From Tubiluchus corallicola (taxonomy: Eukaryota > Animalia > Priapulida): 64,000 nt of DNA. The translations under genes were made by a program, and so were the position numbers. Below the pieces are notes generated by a model. It was not told the origin of the DNA, ran no database searches, and saw nothing but the letters and a program-made list of their open reading frames with translations. Positions 1 through 13,485 of this stretch are shown in pieces; position 1 is the first letter of the stretch; the number at the start of each line of letters is the position of its first letter. The stretch covers positions 62,001-126,000 of the forward strand of contig JAQGDQ010000541.1 of the NCBI GenBank assembly GCA_030141605.1, read 5' to 3'.

Positions 1-970
1 TGGTGTGATGAATATTTCTACTTCGTAAAGGTAGATTATCCTCTCATTTAGAGAGTTTTGGCTTTTTATGTACCACAACACTTATTCAGCGTTACTTTAT
101 TTGATGAAGATCATGATGATGTTGATGATAATGTCGATGATGATGTTGATAAGAACGCTGATGATGAATAGGGTCTATTAAACTTCCTAAAACTTATCAG
201 ACAAGTATTGTCCAGCTCTAGCCATTGAAATCATGAGTATATCAATGCAGGAATCAATGCAGCAACATATATATATATATATATGTTCTAGGATATCAAC
301 AATATGAATAAAAATGGACGAACTTATCGATCCTATAACTATAACACCTACGAACGATTGTCGGAATGTAAAGGCCTAATCGTACCTTGCACTAAACATG
401 TGTACCAGAGATAAGAGCTGTTATAGGCGATCGCGTTTACAAACGGTGAAGTGGGTTCAAAGTACTATTCCGCACTAGCTGCTTGACATTTCAAAACCTT
501 TTTAATAATAGTGCGGAAGGAGAATTCTATCCTAATGTCGAATGAATCTTCTTCGTTTGAGAACAGAATATCCGTGTGTGTGATTGGATCGTAGATTTAC
601 TATAATTTTCTTTGTGGTGTTTATGTTTCTACGTAATAATTCTACGTGGGCTGCGTCTGTACATGCATTTTGTTTACTGTCAAAGGCATAATTTTCATCA
701 TCATGTTTCAAATCTTGGCAAAACCTGGTGCACTGGATCGATAAAGCTGCCATTACACAAGTCTTAATGTTAACGTGTTTGTGCTTTTCTGAAAGCAAGG
801 AGAAACGGGAATTGCTAATTAAATAATTATAGTAACTCAATTTATGCATTTTTAATTGTTTACACTTACACTTGCACTACCGTAACCGTATTGTTGAAGT
901 TACTTTCGAAATTCCATTAGCAGACCTAAGATACCTAGGGTAATAAGTCGAAACACGTGTTGCAACAGAA

Positions 971-1140
<170 letters not shown>

Positions 1141-1281
1141 CTAGTACTGTTATTGTTATTGAAACTGCTACTCTAACTACTACTTGTCATAGATGCTACT
1201 TTCTTGCTTACACTAATGTCGACGAGATGTCAGTGACAAAGACAATTATTATTAAAGCAGTAACAGTGAACACATGACATA

Positions 1282-1482
1282 GAGCACTGAGTGCACCTGT
1301 CACCACTTTTATAGATCCTCAAACAATTTGCTTGTGTCGCCACAGGAGAATTTTATTCGTTCGGTTTTGCGTCCTTCTTATGTTTTTCGTAGGCGCATAC
1401 GTATTACGCAAAAAGGTGACAGGTAGGCAGATAGAAAAGGCTGTGTCCCCTAAGGCCAAAACCACATTATCACTCAGTGCTT
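1282..1482. mobile_element. Small MITE-like element
   Basis: Inverted termini agcactgagtg / cactcagtgct plus internal inverted pair acctgtcacc / ggtgacaggt. Confidence 0.4.
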
Positions 1483-2089
1483 ATAGACAATGAGACTTTC
1501 AAGGGACTAAGCTGATAGTGTCAGGCAGCGTTTGTCTGATGTGCGAAAATTTGACATTCAAATTTGCAACGAATTTCTTTAACCACATGTTGTGTTGTGC
1601 TATGTAATAAAGTGCTTTATTGTTGTTAATTTATTTTAACAAGGTTTTAATTATTACACTGGTTATTTCTAATGATTTCTTAGTGAGTATGATGTGTCTT
1701 GAAACTTAGTTAGTAAAGTGAATTTTATTTTATTGAAACTGTGAGTATTTTGTGTGAGAATCGCCGTTTAACTAAAATAATAAACAATAAAGTTTGCTTG
1801 TAGTACTTTGCTTGTTTCAAATTGTTCTAAACCAAAGGTCACAGTTAGCTACACCTACGCTCGTGGTGACCATTATATCAGTCCCTAAACATATATGGCT
1901 GGTTTGTCAGGCATTTGGTTTATTCAGACAAAACTCTTAAGATCTCTTACGTTTGAATCCTAATAAATCTCTTGTTGCATGCACTTCCTTCTTACACATG
2001 TAAATTTGTTATGTAAAATCACAAATGCTAATTTTTATCATTTGCTACTAGAGTTAGGGAGACTTTGATAAATAAAATGTTATATTTGA

Positions 2090-2390
2090 AGTACTAGACA
2101 GATATATTTCTACTAGACTTAATATTATTTATTTTGATGTGATTCACAGAAAATGTGCATACAGTTTACACGTCAGGCTGAATAAGAGTGAAAATTTTAT
2201 ATGCAAGAACATTTTAAACAGTGATGCAAACTTTACTTCTGTAATTAGACGTCATTGGCGTAGTTTGTTATATCGTTAATTGTTATTTGTGTTGTTGTTG
2301 TGTGTCATGATTTATTGTATTATTTGTATTAATTTGTGATGTGTATATGAACTTTATAAAATTTGAAATAAAATATTAAATCAAATCAAA
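2090..2390 (+). mobile_element. LINE 3' end fragment, related to the element at 29262-30575
   Basis: Encodes ...LNKSENFICKNILNSDANFTSVIRRHWRSLLY*, similar to FDSSDHIMCQKILVSNAKFTSHIRQQWWRVLL; ends gaaataaa...(TCAAA)n like the other copy. Confidence 0.65.
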
Positions 2391-2594
2391 AATATGGCAG
2401 GAAATAAGTGTTTATGCCATAGCATAAATTATGATATAGGAGCATCTACGTTTTTCCTAGTACCAAAGTCTTGTTATCTCTTGTGTCAAAGGATATCAAA
2501 CTAGTAGTAATAATTAGTGCTTGATTAGTTCAGTAGGCAGTTGAATAGACTTTGTGCAATATCTCTGTTAATTTCTATTTTGGACATTTTTCAG

Positions 2595-2724
2595 GTATTG
2601 GAAAATGCACAGTACGGCGTTAATACATTTGTCCGTCCACTTGGCGCACCTAGACCTCCTCTCAAGAATCGTGTAAAGAAAGTACAAAGTCGTGGAAAAA
2701 GACGCAAACACCCCAGCATGGACG
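2595..2724 (+). CDS. Ankyrin-repeat protein, first identifiable exon (may be partly 5' UTR; candidate ATG at 2718)
   Basis: ttttcag acceptor at 2588-2594, open frame VLENAQ...RGKRRKHPSMDG, GT donor at 2725; phase 1 joins in frame to 3365. ATG 2718 has a strong context (agcATGg). Confidence 0.6.
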
Positions 2725-3162
2725 GTAATTCAATGCAACTGTTTTTTTCCTTATAAAGTTGATCTTTGGAATGGGTTAAGTGATTAATAGTTTCTTTCTG
2801 TTAATGGGCTTGTACCACGTTCTGCATATTAAACAACAATAATACAATGTTAGAAAAACGACAACTCACGTAATATAAAACTCGCCGTTTCTCTAGAGAT
2901 TTTTAATACATTCGGTAATAATAGTAGGTGCAACAATGTACTATAGATTTTCTTCCTTTACGTGTTGCGAATTTAATTTTTCCTACGTTTCTCCAAGGGA
3001 ATATTGACGACGTTCTTTTCAAATTCTGCTGTTCACGCGCATTCATTTAACGAACAATCGGCTAATACGATGCCATCTAACTAAGCTTTGCAGGCCTTAG
3101 TCATTACAGAGAAAATTAATTTTTCTAGTATTGTTCTGAGTGACTATAGCGATTTGGTTTGT

Positions 3163-3268
3163 TAATGTGTTGCCCTGTAATGTGTTGCCCTGTTAATGTG
3201 TTGCCCTGTGTTGCCCTGTTAATGTGTTGCCCTGTAATGTGTTGCCCTGTTAATGTGGTGCCCTGTGT
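3163..3268. repeat. Minisatellite, 15-16 bp unit taatgtgttgccctg(t)
   Basis: About 7 visible tandem copies. Confidence 0.9.
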
Positions 3269-3364
3269 CTGTAAACACGAATATTTGCCACTTTGTTCTC
3301 TCATTATATGGGTTTCAACTTATACATGAAATCATTTAATGGATTTTTATCTTACATGTTTTAG

Positions 3365-5534
3365 GTGTGAAAAAACTTCGAACTGACTGTGCTATTGACA
3401 CAAATGAGGACGTATCCGATTCCAGCAGCACAGATGAGTCATCGTCATCATCATCATCATCCGAGAGTTCATCTGACGCTCTCAACATCCATGTAACATA
3501 CGGTCCGCCTGGGGCACAGCAGCAGCGCAACTTTCCACGTGACAGGGCACCTCTGTATCCACTTTGTGGTATAGTCAACCCCACTTTTCATTCCACATCA
3601 TCAGGTGAAGATGATGCGGAATTTGAGGCAGCAAACAATCATATGACATTTGGTGATCTAGACCCGGAAGCACATGGAGAGTGGGGTTCAAATTTTCAAG
3701 CTGGTGAACCACATTATCGAACAGTTTCTCTGTCGGATGACACAAGTCCTCCGGTCAGGCGTCGAGTTCATCGAAGGCAATCTGATGGGGACACCCCAGC
3801 TAACAGCAGCGATTGTGGTTTAACACAAGATTTATTTATATACGGAGGTGATCTCAGTGAATACTTCGAGTCTCTCAATAATGAAGACAGTGACGAAGTA
3901 GAGGAACATTTCTATTCATGTGCTGACACATCACATCCTCATCTACAAGCTGTCACTTCGCACAGACTGCTCTCCCGAGTGAGTGAGGAGGACGAAGAGG
4001 AGGACCTCGGTATTAGTATCGATGAAGATGTAGTTCTTCGAATTGTTGAAACGGGCGATGAGTCAGATGCGGCTTCTAACTGTGTAGAAATTTGTGATAT
4101 AAAAACACTTTCAGATGAAAAAAGTGAACAAATATCATGCGAACAAAATGCAGTTGACATAAAACAAACATTGTGTGATATTAGGAAAGGTTATTCTGAG
4201 CTGTACAGTATTCTGTGTAACGATACCTCTGGTTTAGCAGAAACGAAAAGTATTCCCTCAAAACGGGTAAAAGTAATTCATGACATTAATGAGAACGTTA
4301 AAAAAGCTAAATCTTTAGGCTGCATGAATGAACGTTTACATGTAATGACGATGAAATTAGAATCTGTGGCAGAACATGCATCAAGTGCACGTAGTCCAGA
4401 AGAAGAAAGAGATGTTGCTAGAGACATCAAGAGTATCTTGCAGCAAACTCAACATCTTGAGGAACTGTTGTGTTTTGATTACGAGCACACAACATTTCCT
4501 GCAAGTAAAATAGAAAAAAATGTTGCTAATGACAAAGCTAAAGCTGTCAGTCATACTGCATATCAGCCAGCAAATGGTCTTTCTCTAGAACACCAGACAA
4601 AACCATTTCGCATGGATAATGAATGGGAAGAAGCAAATAATGATCCAAAAATGTTTGGAAGACATAATTTAGAAGACAGTGACAGGACCATAAAGTCGGT
4701 GCCTTACATGGGTCTAGCAGATTTAGAACTGACAACACAAAGGCGACAAAGCGATGGTGGTAGTCAAGTGTTACCAAAATTGGCATCACCACAGATATTA
4801 AAATTAGATAGTGATATTTCTCAAGTATCATTGTCTGTACAATATAGTGACAATTCTGTGTTGCTCAGTCCCAGAATAAAAACTGTGGCAGCTTTACAGC
4901 CTCATGAAGTAGTTGAAGTGAGAACTGTGCCTGCGGTGTCATTAGTGCCATCTTGTGACATTAATGAGAAACAGTTAGATATTGAACCACAAAAAACCCA
5001 AGCAGTGTTGAGCTCAACACCAATGAAGACTACATTTGATTCTGGTATTTCTAATGATGAACTATTATTGTCGCCAGTATCAAGTGAAAATGATCAAAAT
5101 GATGAGAAAAAAATACGATTTGAACAACGTGAAAATCGCCAAGATTTGGGTGATAAATCACCAGATAGTGGTGTGTGTACAGTTATGCACGGTATTTTAA
5201 AAAATAAATATGATCACAATGAGATATCTCCCACAGAGTATTCAAATAGCCCAGTTTTTGGAAGCGAAGAAAAACTTGATTTTACTAACACATCAAAATC
5301 ATTATGCGATACCAAAGATTCCACGGCAGAAGTTGAAAATACTGATACTTCAAAAGTAGAGGCAGCTAATGAAGTTGAAATGAGAACACATAACAAACAT
5401 ATCGCTGCAAACTTCATGGATGAATCATTGAAAAGACGTTCAAATGCATCAGATACACTGAAGGCAACCAGTCCCTGGGACAAGATGCAATGCAATGAGG
5501 AGAAGACTGCCAGCTTGTCTTCTCTTCTTGAAAG
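3365..5534 (+). CDS. Ankyrin-repeat protein, large N-terminal acidic/Ser-rich exon (2170 bp)
   Basis: 723-aa open frame bounded by ttttag acceptor and AG|gtaaat donor; phase 2 matches the exon at 6781. Confidence 0.85.
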
Positions 5535-6780
5535 GTAAATGCAATAACAATACTGTTCTACTACAGAATATAGTTATAACGTCAATCATTTTTTGTTTAT
5601 TCGCTTGCGAAGTAACCTATAAACAGGTCTGTTTCACCGCAATGCTCACATTGTTAGTGCCAAGAATAGGTATATAAATGAAATCTACAACAATAAGAAA
5701 ACATTAATGAAACATTTCAGAATGAGAGAAATAGCTGAATGGTTTTTGCACGTACTTTACAAAAGTTAAGCAACACTGAGGCTATTTAATCAATGAATTG
5801 GGGTAATCATAAGTTTAATACTTACTCTGGTGCCGTTTCATTCACCATTCTGTTTCCAAGTTACCTCAGTGAGGGAGAATGCATTCACATCTGATCGTGT
5901 TAAGGCACTTCTGATGGTTCAGTGTCTCAGCTTTCTAGTTTGACCTAGATAATGAAATGGATGCCGGGGGGTGTCACAACCATGCACAATAAGTAGGCCC
6001 TGCCACTTTGTGCTCAATTCCAACTTACAAAACTCCACAAAGAAAAGAGTGCAATAGATGAGACAGAATGGAAAGGATCTTGTGTAATTCACCTCTAACA
6101 GACCTAACAGACCTTGGTTCACAATTCTATGCCAAAAATAAACAGCTTATAATCCCTGGAGGATCCTCCTGGTGGTTTTGTTTGCTTACATAATTTTCAA
6201 CATTATGGAAGGCAATGACTGTATAAGTAACCTCTACTCATAAGTAAAGGAGAAAGGTCAATGAAGCCACAAGAAAATTGATTTTAAAGTAGCTAAACAT
6301 CTGCCTACAAGTAGTAAAATACTTTTTATAATACAATAGCAAATGCTACTGCAGCATAAGGCATCGAGTTTTTAATTCCGGTAACAAGGTTTACTTTCTA
6401 TTGTAAACTCTGATGTGTCTTTTAAATCTAATTTTTTTTAAATTGTGGATCAATGCCTTAACTTCTTCATGACATTGTAAATTTTAAATGCTTTTACTCA
6501 CGTTTTATATATAGTAATTTTTAGTATTTCTAGTTTTAGTCATTCTAAATTTTAATTGTATGTTTTTATGACTTTTATGCTGAAATAAATAGTAATCAAT
6601 CGATCAATCAATCAATCAATCAATAGAAATGTTTGCGCTTGAGTGATATGTACGGCTCATATTGAACTGTTTGTTTAGTTTCTTTACGTTTATTTTTAAT
6701 TTAGATAAAATTTGTTTCGTGCGTTGTCCTTGATTTAGCTAATACGATAAGGCTTTACATCTATATTCTTTTATTTAAAG

Positions 6781-6925
6781 TACTCTTCAACGAAAGAAAC
6801 ACCATAAACTTGAATACAGTCACAATCCCGAGGCTGCTCTTCTTTCTGCTGCAAGAGATGGCAAGTTGGGCCGACTGCGCCACCTCTTGGCGAAAAATGT
6901 AGATGTAAATGCTTGTAGCGGATGG
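6781..6925 (+). CDS. Ankyrin-repeat protein exon, ANK repeat 1
   Basis: Translates ...PEAALLSAARDGKLGRLRHLLAKNVDVNACSGW; tttaaag acceptor, gtaagt donor; phases consistent. Confidence 0.85.
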
Positions 6926-7285
6926 GTAAGTACAGTGCCTATAAATTTTTAGATAATTGTATACACCTCATACTTAGCCCATTGTCTCATACTAATGGTC
7001 AACTAATAGGAAATTTTTGTTTATTATCTGTGATGTACAAATGAAAGTGAAAATACAGAAAATAAAAATTAGGATGTAATGATTGTTTTTAATTTCCATA
7101 TTCACCATAACAAATTTTTAAGTTGCTATTGTTAATATTTCTGCTGTTTCATAGTTCATTTTCAAAATGTCTGGTCCGCTCTTTTCTTTCCTTTCCTTCC
7201 TTTTCTTTCTTCCTTTATTTTCTTATTTTCTTTTCGTTTTTTCTTTTTCTTTTCATTTATTTCTTTTGTCTACTTTTATTTTATT

Positions 7286-7510
7286 TTCTCTTCTCTTCTC
7301 TTCTCTTCTCTTCTCTTCTCTTCTCTTCTCTTCTCTTCTCTTCTCTTCTCTTCTCTTCTCTTCTCTTCTCTTCTCTTCTCTTCTCTTCTCTTCTCTTCTC
7401 TTCTCTTCTCTTCTCTTCTCTTCTCTTCTCTTCTCTTCTCTTCTCTTCTCTTCTCTTCTCTTCTCTTCTCTTCTCTTCTCTTCTCTTCTCTTCTCTTCTC
7501 TTCTCTTCTC
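7286..7510. repeat. (TTCTC)n microsatellite
   Basis: Directly visible. Confidence 0.95.
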
Positions 7511-8176
7511 CTCTCTCCTCTCCTCTCCTGTCCTCTCCTCTCCTCTCCCCTCCCCTCTTCGACGCTTCGTTTCTTTCCATTCATTCCACTTCCTTTCATT
7601 TTCTTTTTTGTTGTTTCTCGTTCGTTTCTTTTCCTTTTCTTTTTTCCTAATTTTTCCATATTTTTTAAATCATGATTTCTATACATTATTTTTGTAGCAT
7701 GTCTTTAAACGGTTATTTCTCTTAGCAATGTTTTTGATGTAAATCAACACAAATCGATATAAATCAATTTATACGTTGTGTGCGTCAAACAGCAAAATTT
7801 CTGGAAAATCCTAGTACGAGAGCATGATCAGATGATCTAGATAAAACATTTAATTTTTGAGTTGGTTAGTCATCGAGCAACGAGTTAGTACTATCATTTT
7901 AATATAAAACATCACGTACACTTAGTAGTTTCAAACGTATGAGTCATGGGCTAATAATATCCTGAGAGTTGGAACTTTTTCATTATGGAAAGCTTTCTAT
8001 TTGCTTACGTAACACAGTGATTCTGTTAATAGTCGATTGATTGAGCGAATATTTTACCATTATAAAATATTTCCACTGTTAGTGTCGCCATCTACAGAAA
8101 CTATTACTTAACTAATAGTGGTCACCTACTTTAAATCAGGTAGGACTGAATATTCTGATATTTTTTGTTATTATAG

Positions 8177-8275
8177 ATGGGAGATACTGCTCTGCACGTG
8201 GCTGCTCGATGGAATCAAGTCACAATTGTGCGAGAGCTTATAAAACATGGAGGTGACGTCAATCTTACAAATCAG
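8177..8275 (+). CDS. Ankyrin-repeat protein exon, ANK repeat 2
   Basis: 99 bp, phase 0/0, MGDTALHVAARWNQVTIVRELIKHGGDVNLTNQ, a canonical 33-aa ankyrin repeat; ag/gt boundaries. Confidence 0.92.
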
Positions 8276-8906
8276 GTTAGTGAGGAGTCTTTAATATTAG
8301 AAATTGGGCTTTGGGTCAAATTATAGCCAAGCGGTCACGAGTGTACACTTGGTTATGAAACTGGGACACGTTATCGCCGGGAAATAGCCTATGCAGTTTT
8401 GCAGTGATTGCTAGAAATCTGCTTCACTGCCGTACTAGTCTGGCTATTTTTATTGTTGCAAATCTGAACGGTTTAGTGTCTCATTTTAGAGATTTTGTCT
8501 CCTTTTTTCTTTGGGCTCCAATTCTCTTGAATGTGAATTCTTGAATCACCAACAACAATGCCAATGCCGCCATCGTCACTACTGCTGTATTACAAACACC
8601 ATCAGCAATACGACAAACATTACTGCCCGCCAATACTACCAGCACTAGCAACACCACCACCCCCAGCGACAACGACTACGATAATGAGGTTTCCCGTATC
8701 TGAAAACTGTTGGTAAAGTTTAAAATTCTGACTCAGAAAATCAGACTTGATTAGATGACTCATGCTTTTGATTGGTCATTGAACTACTTTTATATTTTAT
8801 AACATTTTCATGTATGGTGCAACTAGCCTGTAGCTCTGTAGGTCATGTGAATTTTAATAATGCATTTTGGGTTCATCAGTTTGAATTACAAAGCGTCTCC
8901 TATAAA

Positions 8907-9658
8907 CACGTGGTGTAGAAAAAAATGCGAAGAAGTTTAGGCTACAATAATATTAAAAGCAAGTGTCCTACAAAGTTGAAATTTCACAGCATGATATGAA
9001 GACACGCTAACTTGTGGCTGTCGAAGCCACAACAACGTCTTAAAATAGTTTTAAGATATGGCCGAAAAACTCTTGCACACCTAATAAAAATTTAAATGCC
9101 GGAACAATGTCAGCTAATCAGCCATTGAAAAACAGCCACGTTGAGGTAAAAAGGCTAAGGCATTCAATACATGGCAACAAAACAATAGAGAAATAAGTTC
9201 AACCATGTTACATCATGGTCATCACCACAAAAAATAAAGCGCTGATAAAAATTTGTTATCAATATATTTAAAAAATAGAAACTTGGTGGTCTGGAGTACG
9301 GTACCCTATATTCCCTTAAGGAGAAACTGTGGGACGACCGTATAGAGCTATTTGCTGCAGAAAACAGCAAAATTGTTGAGTGCTGGTGCCAAACACCCCT
9401 TAAAGAAGTGAGAGTCTGTATTCGCTGTTGGAAGAAACATTTTCATCCAGTTTATATTGAAAATGGCGCACACATTAGGTACAAATAATTTTCCGACATT
9501 TTTTTTGACTTATGGTTTTAAAGCTTCTCTGTCTTTGGAAAAATCTAAGGAAATGACCTAAAAAAATTTGGATTTATATAATCGCCTCGAATACATCGGT
9601 GTGGTTATTTTAAATAAGATCTTGATCGAAACTTGGTCATATTTTTTGCGCCACCTGA
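8907..9658 (+). mobile_element. Non-autonomous Tc1/mariner-like DNA transposon, copy 1
   Basis: Right end ttttttgcgccacctga|ta, degenerate left end cacgtggtgtagaaaaaaa; colinear with 17896-19390; remnant of a Tc1-type transposase C-terminus (..ENGAHI) near 9430-9477. Confidence 0.6.
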
Positions 9659-10322
9659 TATATACATGTATAGGCAAAAGTTGATTTTCAAATTCCTAAT
9701 ATATTTGTTGTTACTTTATCAATTGACTTAGTAGATGTTAAAATAACATGCGTTGCCTATTAGGTCATTAAGTAAGTGTATTTTAAACCATGGACGGGAA
9801 TGGGGCACAGTTTGCACCAACAAACTATATGTTTCTCACACTAAAAGACTATTATCCCTGTTAATAACAAAACCGGGACCATTGTGCCGCCTGTTTGCAT
9901 ATTTGTTGATTTCGTTGGTGGTGTTTACTAAGCAATGTACAAAGTTTACCCACCCATACTTCCAAAACCAACTGCCACGCTGAGCATACTAAATGCGCAG
10001 TGTTATTATTTTTCTCGGGGCTTACAAACTGGTTTTCCTGTATACCTGCATGCCAGAACAAGTGCACAGTTTTACATCTGATTTTTCTGCTTTTCTTGCG
10101 CATTACCTAGCGTTCACTTTCTGCATTCGGCAGATGCGCTAAGATTGTTGCATTTTAATTCACGTTAATTTACGTCTTTTGCGCATTTTTGCCCATAAGC
10201 GGAATTCATTCATTCGTGACTCTTGCGAGGTAAACGATTTTGCAAAACATTTGATTTTACTTTTACAGACGGTGAAAGCGAAATTAGTGTATCATTAATG
10301 ATGTGATTATTTTCATTTACAG

Positions 10323-10421
10323 TGGGGAGCAACACCTTTGCATGCTGCCACTGCGGAAGGCAATCTTAACCCTACTTTGTTACTTTTGTGGGCTGACGCT
10401 GATCCAACCATTCCAGACAAA
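10323..10421 (+). CDS. Ankyrin-repeat protein exon, ANK repeat 3
   Basis: 99 bp, phase 0/0, WGATPLHAATAEGNLNPTLLLLWADADPTIPDK; tttacag / gtgag boundaries. Confidence 0.92.
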
Positions 10422-11319
10422 GTGAGAATAAACATTCTAATTTGTGTAGTTATTAAAATAGTAGGGAGGTTAATTATTATCAGTAGCATAATTAGTTTTA
10501 TTGCAGGCTTTGACACGACAATTTTCCATAAGGCTTTAAATTTTACAAAATAAATTCTCGACAGAATCATTCACATTAGTTGCAGCGTTAAAGCTGTAAC
10601 AACCTCACTTGCATCGGTTTTTAATTCTCGTTTCTGTTCTTTTTACCTGCTGTCGTGTTCTTTTTTATAAATTAAGAAATCAATGCATTTAATTCGATAC
10701 CTGATGCTTGCTCTAGATGTCTAAAGGGGCGCAATTGGTTTTTGTTTTGTTTTATTTGTATTGTTTTTGTGTTTGATTGTTTAGCTTAACAATGTTAGTC
10801 CTCAGTTATACCTTAGCACGTCTTTGTTGAGAAATTCTTGCATTGTTGTGTAATATGTTTTTCATATTTATTGAGTATAGGTACAAAACTAAACGTGAGC
10901 TATTCAAAGATTTCTTTGTCGATAAAATAATCCAAAAAAATGCTTTTTAATTCAAGCAGAGAGCATTTTTAACAGTAAGAAAGGGAAAAAAGACCGCGCT
11001 GGTAGAACTGAATGCTGTCCTATTTTGAGGCTTTCGTTTCAGTCTCGTGAGCTTAAACTACATTACCTTTTGGAATACAGAATTTAGGATACTTTTAGGA
11101 TAGCTCTAGTACCGATTCTACGGCTGAGAACTTTATAAATAAGCAGGATCAGCTACAAATTTCTGTGAGTTTTTGCAAAAAGTGCGTCTTTTAGTATTGA
11201 GTTTCAGCCTCCTGTTTAAATTGGGGTTTGACACTCTAGAGCCAAAATCCAGCACTCAAGCAGCTGCGCCTGGACCGGAACCTAGCTATTTCATTATCAA
11301 GGACAATTCATTAAGTTAA

Positions 11320-11490
11320 GATACCGAGTTGGCCGAGATGTCTTAGCTACTGCTCAAGTCGTGATTCAGACCCTGAGTAAACGGGATAGCTAATGGAATA
11401 CAGCAGATAATTCGTCCAAATAGCAGCTTTCTTGGTCATCACCCATCTATCTGCTAACCAGGCCCGCAGTTGCTTGAAATTACAGCCAAG
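11320..11490 (-). mobile_element. Degenerate SINE with 5S-rRNA-like head
   Basis: Minus strand aagcaactgcgggcctggttagcagatagatgggtga resembles the 5S internal control region AAGCAGGGTCGGGCCTGGTTAGTACTTGGATGGGAGA; too short and diverged for a 5S gene. Confidence 0.45.
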
Positions 11491-12770
11491 CAAACGTAAC
11501 CACTCAACTATTCCGATCGTCACAAATATTCGAATTTTGCTTCTGCATTTTATCTAAATTTTACTTCTACCACCCCCTTGCCGGGATACAATATGCTTTA
11601 TAATAGACCTGTACGTAATTTCATTTTTATTTAATTTTATGCTAATTATTTCCTGAAAATGGCATGAAAGTGGCATTGCACAGTGGATTCTGGTTTGCTT
11701 TGTGTACAATGTAGTTATTACTTTTGTTTGTTCAGCCACATTCCTGAGTAAATGGATAAAAATTGATCAAAAGTAGATAATAGCGTGCCCGGATTCAAAA
11801 TAATTGTCGTGTAGATTATGTAACACTTATAAACTTACGAGTGCTTAGTAAATGTGAAAAAACTGCCTCTTTTAAAGTTATATGGAAGTAATAAAAATTT
11901 AAGCTGCAAGTTTTCACTTCATTAAATGCAAATTACATTACATTTTATAATTAATGTAAAGTCATAAAAGTAATATACGGCTTAGCAACAGGACTAGTAG
12001 CATAATAAGCGATACAATAGTTGTTTGTTGTAAAATTTTTAAAGTATTATTTTCATCTTTTTTCGCAGGAGCAAACTGGTTTTAATTTTATAGGCGTTTT
12101 ATAGGTTGGTGTTCCTTTCCAACTACAAACTGCAGGGGATCATCCAGTGCAGCATTTTTAAAATTTTAATGGTATAATGCACCGTTGTACTGTGTATGAG
12201 GTCCTCGATAATTTGTTTCAGATTTACATGAGGCCACCTGTGTCGTGGTTCTTAATTGTTAGATCATCAATACGCTATTGTGTCGCCATCTATTGAGCGT
12301 GTACGAATTTTCAACATAGGTAGCAAATACATTGCAAAGGTTGCTCATTTTCTCAGGAAATTTTTAAATGGGAAATATAAAAAGTTCTGCCACCTGGTGA
12401 CTGGTTTTAGAAAAAATATTAAATTCTTAGTTAACATAATGTTTCTCGTAAACTATGCTAACTATACTATGTAATTGTTAAACTCATAATTTCAATGGTT
12501 TCAATAATTTCAGCTTTTTTACTATAGTTAAAATGGGTGATAAAAAATTAAGTGATTGCACGTTTCCAAAACCAAAAGGTAACTGGTGTATGTCAGCACT
12601 TAACAACTAGTTACAGCCAAATTTAGGTGTAAAAGGTTTCCCTGTTCCAATTGTTTTTTTTTCTTTCGGACCCATTAGGCACTTCTATTTTTGACTTGAT
12701 TTGCTATTCCAAGTGGCCTCTTCATGCTAAAAACTTCGTTTTGACTTTTGTAATTGGATCTTTTTTTCAG

Positions 12771-12875
12771 TGGGGTCACACGCCTATGCAGCAGTCTCTG
12801 AGGCGTGGAGACTACAACATTACAAAACAACTGATGGAAGCAAACACTCAGTATGTGGATGCTGGTTCAGTAAAG
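12771..12875 (+). CDS. Ankyrin-repeat protein exon, ANK repeat 4 (capping)
   Basis: 105 bp, phase 0/0, WGHTPMQQSLRRGDYNITKQLMEANTQYVDAGSVK; tttttttcag / gtattt boundaries. Confidence 0.85.
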
Positions 12876-13485
12876 GTATTTCACCAATTCACATATATTT
12901 TCACCGGTTTTCTGAAATTTCTGCAAAAGAAGAAGAACTAGTATTATATATAATTGTCAATAGTCAGAACAGGTGAGAATTCTGTGTCAAATTGTCCAAC
13001 AGTCTAAACAACTCGCAATCTTTTGCTGGGATACATCTCCTGTAGTCTGCACAATTTTGTTTGGTACCAAACCATTTGAGCCTTATACTTCACTTACTCT
13101 TCAAGTGTCTGAGCCAAAACTGGTCATTCAATTCGAACCAAATACAAGGGCTTGATCTAGTCGCCGTTTATGCGCAGACGATCCAAATCTAAATTTAAAC
13201 ACCGTAAAAAGTCCATGCTTGCCCTTCAGAACACTGATGCGATGGAAAAATCTTTTGAATACATTTTACCAACAATCTACATACTTTGTCTGATATTATT
13301 TTCTAAGAGATTTGCCAAGCGAAACTCAGACCTGTGCAGAGTAAATTTGATATAAATTTCTGATGAATGCTGTATCACAATTGCATTTGAAAATCTTAAA
13401 TGATAACACAACCATCTCAAGTAATTTTTCTCGTGCATTTCTCGTCTCTCTTCTATAAGCTTAAATTAAATTGTTTTGATTCCAG

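Noticed and set aside
3367-5538. Stand-alone single-exon genes for the 723-aa and 946-aa ORFs
   Set aside because: Both begin at non-ATG codons just after splice acceptors and join the ankyrin exons with consistent phases.
11430-11490. 5S rRNA gene
   Set aside because: Only ~45 nt of diverged similarity; better explained as a SINE head.
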